Below are positions 8,416-16,244 of a stretch of 32,000 bases of DNA, one piece after another. The number at the start of each line of letters is the position of its first letter. The first letter of the stretch is position 1. The stretch spans positions 127,139 through 159,138 of the forward strand of contig NZ_JBEZDA010000009.1 of assembly GCF_040647855.1 (NCBI RefSeq), given 5' to 3'. A program made the translations under genes and the position numbers. The notes below the pieces were generated by a model. The model was not told where the DNA came from, made no database searches, and saw only the letters and a list, made by a program, of their open reading frames with translations. This stretch comes from Nocardia sp. NPDC049220. GTDB lineage: Bacteria; Actinomycetota; Actinomycetes; Mycobacteriales; Mycobacteriaceae.

Positions 8416-9681
8416 ATGACGGTAGGAACGACGACCGGGCCGGATGTTCGCGCGGCGGTGCACGAGGCCGCCCGCAAGGCGCGGGTTGCGTCGCGAACGC
8501 TCGCGCAGTTGACGACCGCGCAGAAGAACGACGCGTTGGATGCCGCGGCCGACGCGCTACTGGCCGCCGCCGACCGGGTACTCGCTGCCAACGCCGACGA
8601 TGTCACCGCGGCGCAGGCGGCGGGTACGGAGGGGTCGTTGCTGGATCGGCTGCGGCTGACGAAGGCGCGCATCGACGGCATCGCCTCCGGGCTGCGCCAG
8701 GTGGCCGGGCTGCCGGATCCGGTGGGCGTGGTCGTCCGGGGCTCGACCTTGCCGAACGGCCTGGAGATCAAACAGGTGCGGGTCCCGCTCGGCGTGGTCG
8801 GCATGGTGTACGAAGCCAGGCCGAACGTCACCGTCGACGCCTTCGGGCTCGCGCTCAAGTCCGGCAACGCGGCCTTGCTACGCGGCTCTGCTTCGGCGGC
8901 TCGCTCCAATGCGGCCCTCGTCGAGGTGCTCCGGGAATCGCTTGCCGCACAGGGCATCCCGGCCGACGCGGTGCAGCTGCTGCCGAGCGAGGATCGCTCC
9001 AGCGTGACCCATCTGATCCAGGCGCGCGGCCTGGTCGACGTGGTCATTCCGCGCGGCGGCGCCGGTCTGATCAACGCGGTCGTCCGGGACGCGCAGGTGC
9101 CCACCATCGAGACCGGGACCGGTAATTGCCACGTCTACGTGCATGCCGCCGCCGACCTGGACATGGCCGAGCAGATCCTGATCAACGCCAAAACCCGCCG
9201 CCCCAGCGTCTGCAACGCGGCCGAAACCGTTCTCATCGATGCCGCCATCGCCGACCGCGCGCTACCTCGCCTGACCAGCGCGCTCGAGCAGCACGGCGTC
9301 ACCATCCACGGCGACCTGCCCGGCCAGGTTCCGGCCACCGACGCCGACTGGGGCGAGGAATACCTGACGCTCGACATCGCACTCAAAGTGGTCGCCGACC
9401 TGGACGCGGCGGTGGAGCACATCAACACCTGGGGTACCGGCCACACCGAGGCTATCGTCACCGGCGAATTGGCCGCTGCCCGCGAGTTCACCGGTCGCGT
9501 CGATGCCGCGGCCGTCATGGTGAATGCCTCCACCGCGTTCACCGACGGCGAGCAGTTCGGATTCGGCGCCGAGATCGGCATCTCCACTCAGAAGCTGCAC
9601 GCCCGCGGTCCGATGGCCCTGCCTGAACTGACCTCGACCAAGTGGATCGTTTGGGGAGACGGCCAGATTCGGCCGGTCTAG
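8416..9681 (+). CDS. proA: glutamate-5-semialdehyde dehydrogenase (gamma-glutamyl phosphate reductase)
   Basis: ORF 8377..9681 trimmed to ATG 8416 ([10 protein letters not shown]). Aldehyde-dehydrogenase-like fold with the catalytic Cys context [13 protein letters not shown] and the C-terminal GHTEAIVT block typical of ProA. Confidence 0.9.
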   Translation: MTVGTTTGPDVRAAVHEAARKARVASRTLAQLTTAQKNDALDAAADALLAAADRVLAANADDVTAAQAAGTEGSLLDRLRLTKARIDGIASGLRQVAGLPDPVGVVVRGSTLPNGLEIKQVRVPLGVVGMVYEARPNVTVDAFGLALKSGNAALLRGSASAARSNAALVEVLRESLAAQGIPADAVQLLPSEDRSSVTHLIQARGLVDVVIPRGGAGLINAVVRDAQVPTIETGTGNCHVYVHAAADLDMAEQILINAKTRRPSVCNAAETVLIDAAIADRALPRLTSALEQHGVTIHGDLPGQVPATDADWGEEYLTLDIALKVVADLDAAVEHINTWGTGHTEAIVTGELAAAREFTGRVDAAAVMVNASTAFTDGEQFGFGAEIGISTQKLHARGPMALPELTSTKWIVWGDGQIRPV

Positions 9682-9775
9682 CGTTCCGGCGCGCGGCGCC
9701 CCGTGCGGCGCACACCGACGTCGAGTCGGTCCGCGCTCCCGTAGCGTGAGTGGTGGTTCGGAAGGAAGGCAGCGA

Positions 9776-10657
9776 GTGGCATCGGAGAGTGCGGGGCAGG
9801 AACCGGTCTTCGGATCGGTGGATGACGTGATCGACCGGTTGGCGAGGACGGGATACCTCGCGGACACGGCCACCGCTACGTCGGTATTTCTTGCGGACAG
9901 GCTGGGCAAGCCACTGCTGATCGAGGGACCGGCCGGTGTGGGCAAGACCGAGTTGGCCCGCGCGATCGCGCAGACCTCGGGTGCCGAGCTGGTCCGATTG
10001 CAGTGCTACGAGGGCGTCGACGAGGCCCGCGCGCTCTACGAGTGGAACCACGCCAAGCAAATCCTGCGTATCCAGGCTTCCAGCGAGAACGACTGGGCGG
10101 AGACGAAGGCCGACGTCTTCACCGAGGAGTTCCTGCTCTCCCGGCCGCTGCTCACCGCGATCCGGCGTACCGATCCCACGGTGCTGCTGATCGACGAGAC
10201 CGACAAGGCCGATGTCGAGATCGAGGGATTGTTGCTCGAGGTACTCAGCGACTTCGCGGTGACCGTCCCGGAGTTGGGCACCATCACCGCCAGCCGTAAG
10301 CCGTTCGTCGTGCTCACCTCGAACGCCACCCGCGAGTTGTCCGAGGCGCTCAAGCGCCGCTGTCTCTACCTGCACCTGGACTTCCCGGATGAGGAGCTGG
10401 AGCGACGGATCCTGGCCAGCCGGGTCCCTGAGCTGTCCGCCGCGATCGCCGCACAGCTGGTGCGGATCGTGCACGTCCTGCGCGGCATGCAACTGAAGAA
10501 GCTGCCCTCGGTCGCCGAATCGATCGATTGGGGACGCACGCTGCTCGCGCTCGGGCTGACGGATCTGGACGACACCGCCGTTCGTGCCACCCTCGGCGTC
10601 GTGCTCAAACATCGCAGTGACCATCAGCGCGCACTGGCCGAATTGAAGCTGGCCTGA
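9776..10657 (+). CDS. MoxR-family AAA+ ATPase
   Basis: Walker A GPAGVGKT and Walker B LLIDETDKAD. GTG at 9776 is preceded by GGAAGGAAGG at 9760-9769. Alternative GTG at 9746. Confidence 0.85.
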   Translation: MASESAGQEPVFGSVDDVIDRLARTGYLADTATATSVFLADRLGKPLLIEGPAGVGKTELARAIAQTSGAELVRLQCYEGVDEARALYEWNHAKQILRIQASSENDWAETKADVFTEEFLLSRPLLTAIRRTDPTVLLIDETDKADVEIEGLLLEVLSDFAVTVPELGTITASRKPFVVLTSNATRELSEALKRRCLYLHLDFPDEELERRILASRVPELSAAIAAQLVRIVHVLRGMQLKKLPSVAESIDWGRTLLALGLTDLDDTAVRATLGVVLKHRSDHQRALAELKLA

Positions 10658-10660
10658 GCG

Positions 10661-12088
10661 ATGGCGACCGGATCGGTCCCCGCGGATCTTGCGCCATTGG
10701 CTGCGTCGAACGGACTGCCCGGGCATCTGGTCGGGTTCGTGGCGGCGCTGCGGGCGCGCGGAATTCCGGTCGGTCCCTCGGAAACGGTGGACGCGGGTCG
10801 TGTGGTGACCGTGCTCGACCTGATGGACCGCGAAGTCCTGCGCGAGGGGTTGGCCTGTGCGTTGCTGCGGCGCACCACGCACCGCGCGACCTTCGATGGA
10901 ATGTTCGACCTGTGGTTTCCGGCCGCGGTAGGTGAACGCACCTCGGCGCCGGACGAGGTCGAGATTCCGCACACCCGCTTGGGCGACGTGGACATTCCGG
11001 CGTTGCGTGAGCTGCTCGCGCGCCTGCTCGGGCAGGAGGCAGCCACCGCGCAGCTGGCGGCGCTGGCCGCGCAGCTGGTCGAACAGCTCGGTCAGTACCA
11101 ATCTGCCCGTGGCCCTTCATTTTCGGCGTATCAGGCATTACGTGAGGTGCAGCCGCAGACCCTGTTGGCCGAGATCGTCGCCGGGCTGGCCGCCGGACCG
11201 GACGCCAATGCTTTCGACACCGAGATCGCCCGCCGTACGGTGCGCCGACGCATCGACCGGTTCCGCGCGACCGTGGAGGCCGAGACCAGGCGGCGCGCCG
11301 CTGAACGGATCGGCCGGGAACGTGTCGCGACCTACGGCGTCGCCCGTCAAGCCGAGGATGTCGACTTCCTGCGCGCCTCCGAGGCCGAACTGGCCGAGCT
11401 CAAGCGTGGCACGCAGCGCCTTGCGCGCATCCTCGCGGCGCGCCTCGCCGCGCGGCGCAGGCACTCTCGGCGCGGCGAGATCGATCTGCGGCGTACCCTG
11501 CGCAAATCCATGTCGACCGGCGGAGTGCCGATCGACCTGGTGCACCGCAAACCGCGTCCCGGTCGCCCTGAGTTGGTGCTGCTGTGCGATGTGTCGGGGT
11601 CGGTGGCAGGCTTCAGTAACTTCACGTTGCTGCTGGTGAGCGCGCTGCGCGAACAGTTCTCCCGGGTGCGGATCTTCGCATTCGTCGACCAGGTGGACGA
11701 GGTGACCCGGTTCTTCGATCCGCACACCCGACTCGACACGGCGATGACGAAGATCTTCACCGAGGCGAGTGTGGTCGGCGTGGATGGGCACTCGGACTAC
11801 GGCAATGCGTTGGCCGGATTCGTCAGGGACTATCCCGATGCCGTCACCAGCCGAAGTTCGCTGCTGATTCTCGGTGACGCACGCACCAATTACCGAGATC
11901 CGGAGTTGACGACGCTGCGATCACTGGTTGATATCGCCAAGCATGCACACTGGCTCAACCCGGAGCCGCGCAACCAGTGGGGTTCGGGCGATTCCGCCGC
12001 CGACAGATACGGGCAAGTGATCGAGATGCACGAATGCCGGTCGGCGAAGCAGTTGACCGCCGTGGTGTCCCGGCTGCTGCCGGTCTGA
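10661..12088 (+). CDS. VWA domain-containing protein (CoxE-like), partner of the MoxR ATPase
   Basis: Starts 3 nt after the moxR-like stop. MIDAS motif in LVLLCDVSGSVAGFS. The C-terminal half resembles a von Willebrand A domain. Confidence 0.85.
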   Translation: MATGSVPADLAPLAASNGLPGHLVGFVAALRARGIPVGPSETVDAGRVVTVLDLMDREVLREGLACALLRRTTHRATFDGMFDLWFPAAVGERTSAPDEVEIPHTRLGDVDIPALRELLARLLGQEAATAQLAALAAQLVEQLGQYQSARGPSFSAYQALREVQPQTLLAEIVAGLAAGPDANAFDTEIARRTVRRRIDRFRATVEAETRRRAAERIGRERVATYGVARQAEDVDFLRASEAELAELKRGTQRLARILAARLAARRRHSRRGEIDLRRTLRKSMSTGGVPIDLVHRKPRPGRPELVLLCDVSGSVAGFSNFTLLLVSALREQFSRVRIFAFVDQVDEVTRFFDPHTRLDTAMTKIFTEASVVGVDGHSDYGNALAGFVRDYPDAVTSRSSLLILGDARTNYRDPELTTLRSLVDIAKHAHWLNPEPRNQWGSGDSAADRYGQVIEMHECRSAKQLTAVVSRLLPV

Positions 12089-12113
12089 GGAGTCGACCTC
12101 GAACGGGCGAAGG

Positions 12114-12157
12114 TCGTCTTGCCGGTCGCTGGACTGCGACGGGCAAGACGATCTTCT
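12114..12157 (+). terminator. intrinsic-terminator-like hairpin downstream of the VWA gene
   Basis: TCGTCTTGCCGGTCGC (12114-12129), loop TGGACT, GCGACGGGCAAGACGA (12136-12151). 15 of 16 positions pair, with one G:G mismatch, and the hairpin is followed by TCTTCT. Confidence 0.55.
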
Positions 12158-12249
12158 GGATAAGCGACGATCTCGTCCGGCTGATCGAGCGGTCCAGGCG
12201 ATGTCAGGCGGTCTTGCGGCCGCAGACTCCGGACGAACGATCGTATCCG

Positions 12250-12939
12250 CTAGTCTTTTTCTTCGACCTCGACCTCTACCTCGAATTCGAATTCGACTAC
12301 GTTTTCATCGTCGTCTTCGACTTCATCCCATTCTGAATCGTCCGCGCATGCAATCCAATACAATGCATAATATCGTTCCTCCACCACCTGAGGGTCGATG
12401 TTATCCATGACCCCTTCGCATAGGCGTAGGGCAAGATAATAGTGTAGCTCTTCGGCTATCTCCTGCCGCGGGCGGAGTGTGACGCTTCGGATAAATGGCT
12501 GCAAAGGATCGCCTAATCCGGGCAAGTGGTCGATAACCGATGAGCCGTCCATTCTTTCATCGGGTTCGATCATGGTCGGAATTGTTCCCGAAGCCCACAG
12601 TAGTACGTAGAGGGACTCTGCTCGCCAGGTCAGTAGGTTCGTTTGCATCGCCCGCTGTCGCCACAGCATCTCCGCTTCGGGCAACTCGGTCAATTCGAAT
12701 GCCCATTTTTCTCGCTCGGTCAGTTCATGCAGGAAATTCTCTTTCTCCATCCATTCTTTGACCTCCCGGGGGTCGCGGTGGAAAATGACCCCGAGCAATG
12801 CGTGTAGCGCAATTATTCGTTTGGCTATTTCGGTAGGAGAGCGGAGACGGACGGAAAAAACCTCGTCGATTTCAGGAAGGTGTTCCGCTTTCAATCTCAC
12901 GCCGTGCTGTTCCAATCGAATTCGTGTGGACAGCGTCAT
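12250..12939 (-). CDS. hypothetical protein: low-GC orphan with poly-acidic C-terminal tail (tentatively DUF4272-like)
   Basis: ORF 12250..12957. ATG at 12939 is preceded by GAAAGG; TTG at 12957 is the alternative. Visibly AT-richer than every neighbour. The tail reads DDSEWDEVEDDDENVVEFEFEVEVEVEEKD. The central block WRAESLYVLLWASG recalls DUF4272, but this is from memory and unverified. Confidence 0.75.
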   Translation of the reverse strand: MTLSTRIRLEQHGVRLKAEHLPEIDEVFSVRLRSPTEIAKRIIALHALLGVIFHRDPREVKEWMEKENFLHELTEREKWAFELTELPEAEMLWRQRAMQTNLLTWRAESLYVLLWASGTIPTMIEPDERMDGSSVIDHLPGLGDPLQPFIRSVTLRPRQEIAEELHYYLALRLCEGVMDNIDPQVVEERYYALYWIACADDSEWDEVEDDDENVVEFEFEVEVEVEEKD

Positions 12940-13059
12940 TGCACACCTTTCTGTCAACTAGCATCGATATCGCGTGCCGGTGGGTCTGTTGTCGGTGGTC
13001 GAGAGGGGTGGTTGGTGGGGTCTGATTTCGGGTTGTTGTCTGACACGACGAAGCCGCCT

Positions 13060-13097
13060 GTTTCGCCAGGTGGGGTGGGTTTCGCCAGGTCCGGTTG
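13060..13097. repeat. tandem 19-bp unit x2 (exact 12-bp core GTTTCGCCAGGT) inside a G-run-rich tract
   Basis: GTTTCGCCAGGT occurs at 13060-13071 and again at 13079-13090. The surrounding plus strand (about 12990-13135) is full of GG/GGGG runs, e.g. GAGGGGTGGTTGGTGGGG and GGTGGGGTTGGGG. Confidence 0.8.
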
Positions 13098-13139
13098 GTC
13101 TTTCGGGTCGAGTGGACGGTGGGGTTGGGGTCAGGTGAA

Positions 13140-13470
13140 TGCGGCGCGGAGGCGGCGGCGATGGCGGTGGCCCACCGCCAGATGGTGTCGATGCGAAGCC
13201 GGGCTCGTCGGGTGCGGCGGGCGTCGATGTGCGGCACACGGCCGCGGACGGTGTCGATCTCGCGGGTCGCCAGATCGGGGTGGTCGACGTAGCCGATGAG
13301 TTCGGCCCCAGTTCCAGACCGGCGGGTGGGCGACTGCATGGCGGACGATCCGCTGGTCGACCAGCCGCCACATCGTGGTCGTCGATGCGGCCACCCCGAA
13401 CGCATGCGAACGGTCACCGCAGGGTTTCGCTCGTATCCGGCCCAGCGTTGCGATACTTCACCTGCGAAGT
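13140..13470 (-). pseudogene. frame-broken remnant of an HTH-type (transposase/excisionase-like) gene
   Basis: Two minus-strand frames each show strong G/C third-position bias over adjacent segments. One reads ...GDRSHAFGVAASTTTMWRLVDQRIVRHAV (an HTH-like FGV..ST..W.LV pattern) to about 13310. It then shifts to ...GAELIGYVDHPDLATREIDTVRGRVPHIDARRTRRARLRIDTIWRWA. No single intact ORF with a sensible start exists. Family not identified. Confidence 0.35.
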
Positions 13471-13851
13471 GCCTTTCACTCAGGTTTGTGGAACCGTTGA
13501 GAACCATTATGCCTTGCGGGACAGGCGCTTTCGCGTTCCATCCGCCCCGACGAGCGAACTTTCGCGGAAATTCCAGGTTGAGCACTGCAACGCAACCGCC
13601 TGTCGACCACCCCCTATGGGTTGGCTCAGGTTGGGCTCGAATGGCAGCACTCGCTCGCTTCGGCCACGCTATGTGGGGACGGCCGTGACGACGCCTCCGT
13701 CGTCGACGAACCAGCGTCTGAAATTCGACTGTAAGTTCGCGTATGTCGTGGTGTGTGGAGGGTGCCGTACGCCATTCGGTAGTCAGGCTTGTTGGCCCGG
13801 ACGCCCGGCAAACCGGTCACCCGGCGATGTTCAGGGCAGCTACCGTGCAAC

Positions 13852-13883
13852 TACTTGTCTCAAGTACGGTACTTATATATACT
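13852..13883 (+). promoter_or_regulatory. putative promoter (-35 TTGTCT 13855-13860, 17-nt spacer, -10 TATACT 13878-13883) overlapped by nested palindromes
   Basis: TACTTG-tct-CAAGTA at 13852-13866 and AAGTAC-g-GTACTT at 13862-13874, in an AT-rich stretch 30-60 nt upstream of the flavin reductase ATG. RBS GGGAGG at 13901-13906. Confidence 0.4.
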
Positions 13884-13910
13884 TTCTCCTAGTCGTTCTA
13901 GGGAGGACTC

Positions 13911-14492
13911 ATGCAGTTGCGGGCAGTCGATCTCGACCGCACCGGTTTCCGCTCGGCGCTGGGCCGCTTCGCGTCGAGCGTCAACGTGATCTCGATGTGG
14001 GACGAGGAGGGCAGGCCTATCGGCATGACCGCCACAGCCTTCTCTTCGGTCTCCGACGATCCGTTGCTGGTGCTCATCTGCGTCAATCGTGCCACCCGGA
14101 CCTACGGGCACATCACGCGTGGCGGCCGGTTCGGCGTCAACATCCTCGGATCGGCGGCAGTTTCCATCTCGAACCACTGCGCGCGACCGGGCTCGGACAA
14201 GGGCTTGGCCCCGGAGTGGCTGGCGACGGACGCGGGCTGGTCATCGCCGGCCCTGAAGGATGCCCTTGCCTTCCTGGATTGCACGGTCGACAGCGATACC
14301 TCCGCAGGCACGCACGCAATCCTGGTCGGCAGAGTGACAGGGGTCGGCATTGCGACCCACGGCGAGCCGTTGCTGTACTTCGGCGGTCGCTACCAGCAGC
14401 TGCACCCCGAAGTGCAGTATCGGTCGCCGCTTCCGCTTCCGATCGCCTGGGACGGCGGGGACCCGGCGGTCCTGGCCGCCGTGGCCTCCTGA
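13911..14492 (+). CDS. flavin reductase family protein (HpaC-like NAD(P)H:flavin oxidoreductase)
   Basis: RBS GGGAGG 5 nt upstream. Flavin-reductase-domain blocks FRSALGRFASSVNVIS, GMTATAFSSVSDDPLLVLICVN and GRFGVNIL. Confidence 0.85.
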   Translation: MQLRAVDLDRTGFRSALGRFASSVNVISMWDEEGRPIGMTATAFSSVSDDPLLVLICVNRATRTYGHITRGGRFGVNILGSAAVSISNHCARPGSDKGLAPEWLATDAGWSSPALKDALAFLDCTVDSDTSAGTHAILVGRVTGVGIATHGEPLLYFGGRYQQLHPEVQYRSPLPLPIAWDGGDPAVLAAVAS

Positions 14493-14493
14493 G

Positions 14494-15090
14494 ATGGGAA
14501 CTGTGGGGCGACTGATCGTCGGCGTCACTGGTGCGTCCGCTCCGATCCTCGCAATCAGGACATTGCAAGCGCTGCGCGCGGCTGGGATCGAGACCCATCT
14601 CGTGATCTCCCGCGGAGCGCGCCGGACCCTCGCGCTGGAAGAGCCCTCATGGGGTCTGGCCGACGTCGAGGCGCTGGCCGACTTCGTGCACCGACCGGAG
14701 GACATGGCTGCGCCGATCGCCAGCGGTTCGTTTCGGGTGCGCGGCATGGTCGTCGTCCCATGCTCGATGAACACCCTTTCGCACATCGCCCACTCCGCCA
14801 CGCCGGACCTGGTGGCACGCGCCGCGGACGTGACCCTCAAGGAACGTCGCCGGCTCGTGCTGGTCCCACGGGAGAGCCCACTGCACCTCGGCCACCTGCG
14901 CAATCTGCTGGCGGCGACTGAACTCGGCGCGATCGCGGTGCCTCCGGTGATCGGGACCTATTACAAGCCGCAGACCGTGCTGGACGTGGTCGACCACGTG
15001 GTGGGGCGTGTCCTCGACCTCTTCGACATCGAGCACGATCTCGTCAACCGCTGGAATGGGCCGCCGCAGAGCCCCGGCGGTGGCATATGA
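14494..15090 (+). CDS. ubiX: UbiX-family flavin prenyltransferase (prFMN synthase)
   Basis: ATG at 14494, 1 nt after the flavin reductase stop. N-terminal LIVGVTGASAPILAIRTLQAL, then PCSMNTLSHIA and ERRRLVLVPRESPL, typical of UbiX/Pad1. Confidence 0.9.
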   Translation: MGTVGRLIVGVTGASAPILAIRTLQALRAAGIETHLVISRGARRTLALEEPSWGLADVEALADFVHRPEDMAAPIASGSFRVRGMVVVPCSMNTLSHIAHSATPDLVARAADVTLKERRRLVLVPRESPLHLGHLRNLLAATELGAIAVPPVIGTYYKPQTVLDVVDHVVGRVLDLFDIEHDLVNRWNGPPQSPGGGI

Positions 15091-15590
15091 CCGGGACACG
15101 ATTGTCCGCTGAACACATCGCCGACCTGACTGCCTCTGCTCAGCCTCGCGACCAGGCGCTGCTGCTGTTGTCGGTGGATGAAGCGGGGACGCCGCGGGTC
15201 GCCCTGCTGAGCCGCGCCGAGGTGCACGTCGTCGCTGACAGTCTGCTGCTGGTGGCGGTGTGGTCTGGCAGTCGATCGGCGACCAATATCGAGCGCTCCG
15301 GCGCGGCCACCTTGTTCTGGGTCGTGGACGGGGCCGCGGTGTCGGCCTCATTGCGGTGTGCCGGTAGCAGGCCCCTCGCCGCGGCGCCATCGGGCGAGCT
15401 GGCAGAACGCGCGCTGCGCGCGCTCACTCTTCGGGTTGTGGATGTGCGTGTGGACGAGGTCGGTTATGCGGAGCTGACCGCGCCCCTGATGTTTGCGGTC
15501 CACGAACCGGAGGAGATAATGTCCCGCTGGGAGGATGTCGCACGGCGCCTCGGTGCCGTTGCGCTGGGCCTCCAGGACGGTTCCGATTAG
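15087..15590 (+). CDS. hypothetical protein, PNPOx-like (FMN-binding split-barrel) by pattern
   Basis: ATGA start/stop overlap with ubiX at 15087-15090. The pattern LLLLSVDEAGTPRVALLS..EVHVV.DSLLLVAVWSGSRSATNIERSGAATLFWVVDG resembles pyridoxamine-5'-phosphate-oxidase-family proteins. The functional assignment is tentative. Confidence 0.65.
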   Translation: MTGTRLSAEHIADLTASAQPRDQALLLLSVDEAGTPRVALLSRAEVHVVADSLLLVAVWSGSRSATNIERSGAATLFWVVDGAAVSASLRCAGSRPLAAAPSGELAERALRALTLRVVDVRVDEVGYAELTAPLMFAVHEPEEIMSRWEDVARRLGAVALGLQDGSD

Positions 15591-15606
15591 AGGGGGGTGG
15601 TGACTG

Positions 15607-16158
15607 ATGGACGACGGAGCACTGCGGGCGTATGCGACCTGGTCGGACATCGGGGCGAGCCAACGGGCGACCGAGTTCCGCTCCTACACGTTCAACATCG
15701 CCGAAGCGCGCTACGTGATGCGTCGGGTCACTCGGATCATCAACGAGGAAGCCAAGAAACGCGGTTTCGATCCGCTGCAACACCAGGCATTGCTGCAAAC
15801 CTACGGCATCCGTGACGGTGAGCAACTGACTATCAGTGGGCTCGGCGAGCGACTCGATGTTCCCGCGGCCTTCGCCTCACGGCTGGTCCGTAAGCTCGAG
15901 AGCGAGGGTTACGTCACCCGCATGCATTCCGAGCGGGACAAGCGAGTCACCTTCGTCCAGGCCACAGACGCCGGCGTGCAGGTGCTGCGTGAAATCGACG
16001 AGCAAGTACATCGCCACGTGGCCTACTTCCAGCATTCCCTCAGCGAACATCAGCGCATCGCAGCGTTGTCGATTTTCGCGTTCTACGTGGGGATCGACGC
16101 GGAGTCGCCGATCGCCGAGGCGCTGCGCGAGGGTCGCATCCAACCGGAGAACGTCTGA
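15607..16158 (+). CDS. MarR family transcriptional regulator
   Basis: Winged-HTH block LTISGLGERLDVPAAFASRLVRKLESEGYVTRMHSERDKRVTFVQATDAG. Lies 16 nt after the previous stop, with AGGGGGGTGG as RBS. Confidence 0.85.
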   Translation: MDDGALRAYATWSDIGASQRATEFRSYTFNIAEARYVMRRVTRIINEEAKKRGFDPLQHQALLQTYGIRDGEQLTISGLGERLDVPAAFASRLVRKLESEGYVTRMHSERDKRVTFVQATDAGVQVLREIDEQVHRHVAYFQHSLSEHQRIAALSIFAFYVGIDAESPIAEALREGRIQPENV

Positions 16159-16244
16159 TTGCTGCCCTGGGCGCGAGTTCGCCCTGGTGTATGTGGTGAG
16201 CCGGGTCCGTTCCGGACAGCGAGCGCAGCACAGCAACTGGCCAA

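Noticed and set aside
9539-11101. 520-aa minus-strand ORF opposite the MoxR and VWA genes
   Set aside because: It is an Arg/Gln/Gly-rich shadow frame with no recognisable domain. The sense-strand genes carry clear Walker and MIDAS motifs.
12952-12957. TTGACA hexamer upstream of the low-GC orphan, as a possible -35 box
   Set aside because: It lies only 12 nt before the preferred ATG (12939) and no TANNNT sits at a suitable spacing. It is more simply the alternative TTG start codon of the track ORF.
13060-13097. Short direct repeats checked as a possible CRISPR array, together with those at 30729-30801
   Set aside because: There are only two copies each. The units are 12-19 bp with no regularly sized unique spacers and no cas genes, and the second set is in-frame coding repeats.
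13623-13644. GGCTCAGGTTGGGCTCGAATGG, reminiscent of a tRNA D-arm/T-arm and so of a possible att-site tRNA fragment
   Set aside because: There is no closing D-stem (GAGC), no acceptor stem, no GTTCGAATC-type T-loop and no anticodon arm in the flanks. The resemblance is coincidental.
14350-14493. 48-codon N-terminal extension of ubiX (track ORF starts at 14350)
   Set aside because: The extension overlaps the 3' end of the flavin reductase gene in another frame and is Cys/Ser/Arg/Pro-rich. The ATG at 14494 begins the canonical UbiX N-terminus 1 nt after the upstream stop.
13139-14515. 458-aa plus-strand ORF running from the pseudogene region through the flavin reductase gene
   Set aside because: It is out of frame with the well-supported flavin reductase (13911..14492). 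It crosses an AT-rich promoter region, has low-complexity Gly/Arg/Pro content, and has no RBS.
16165-16190. Imperfect hairpin CCTGGGCG-cgagtt-CGCCCTGG after the marR stop, as a possible terminator
   Set aside because: It has only 5 contiguous base pairs plus a mismatch-interrupted extension, and no U-tract. That is too weak to call.
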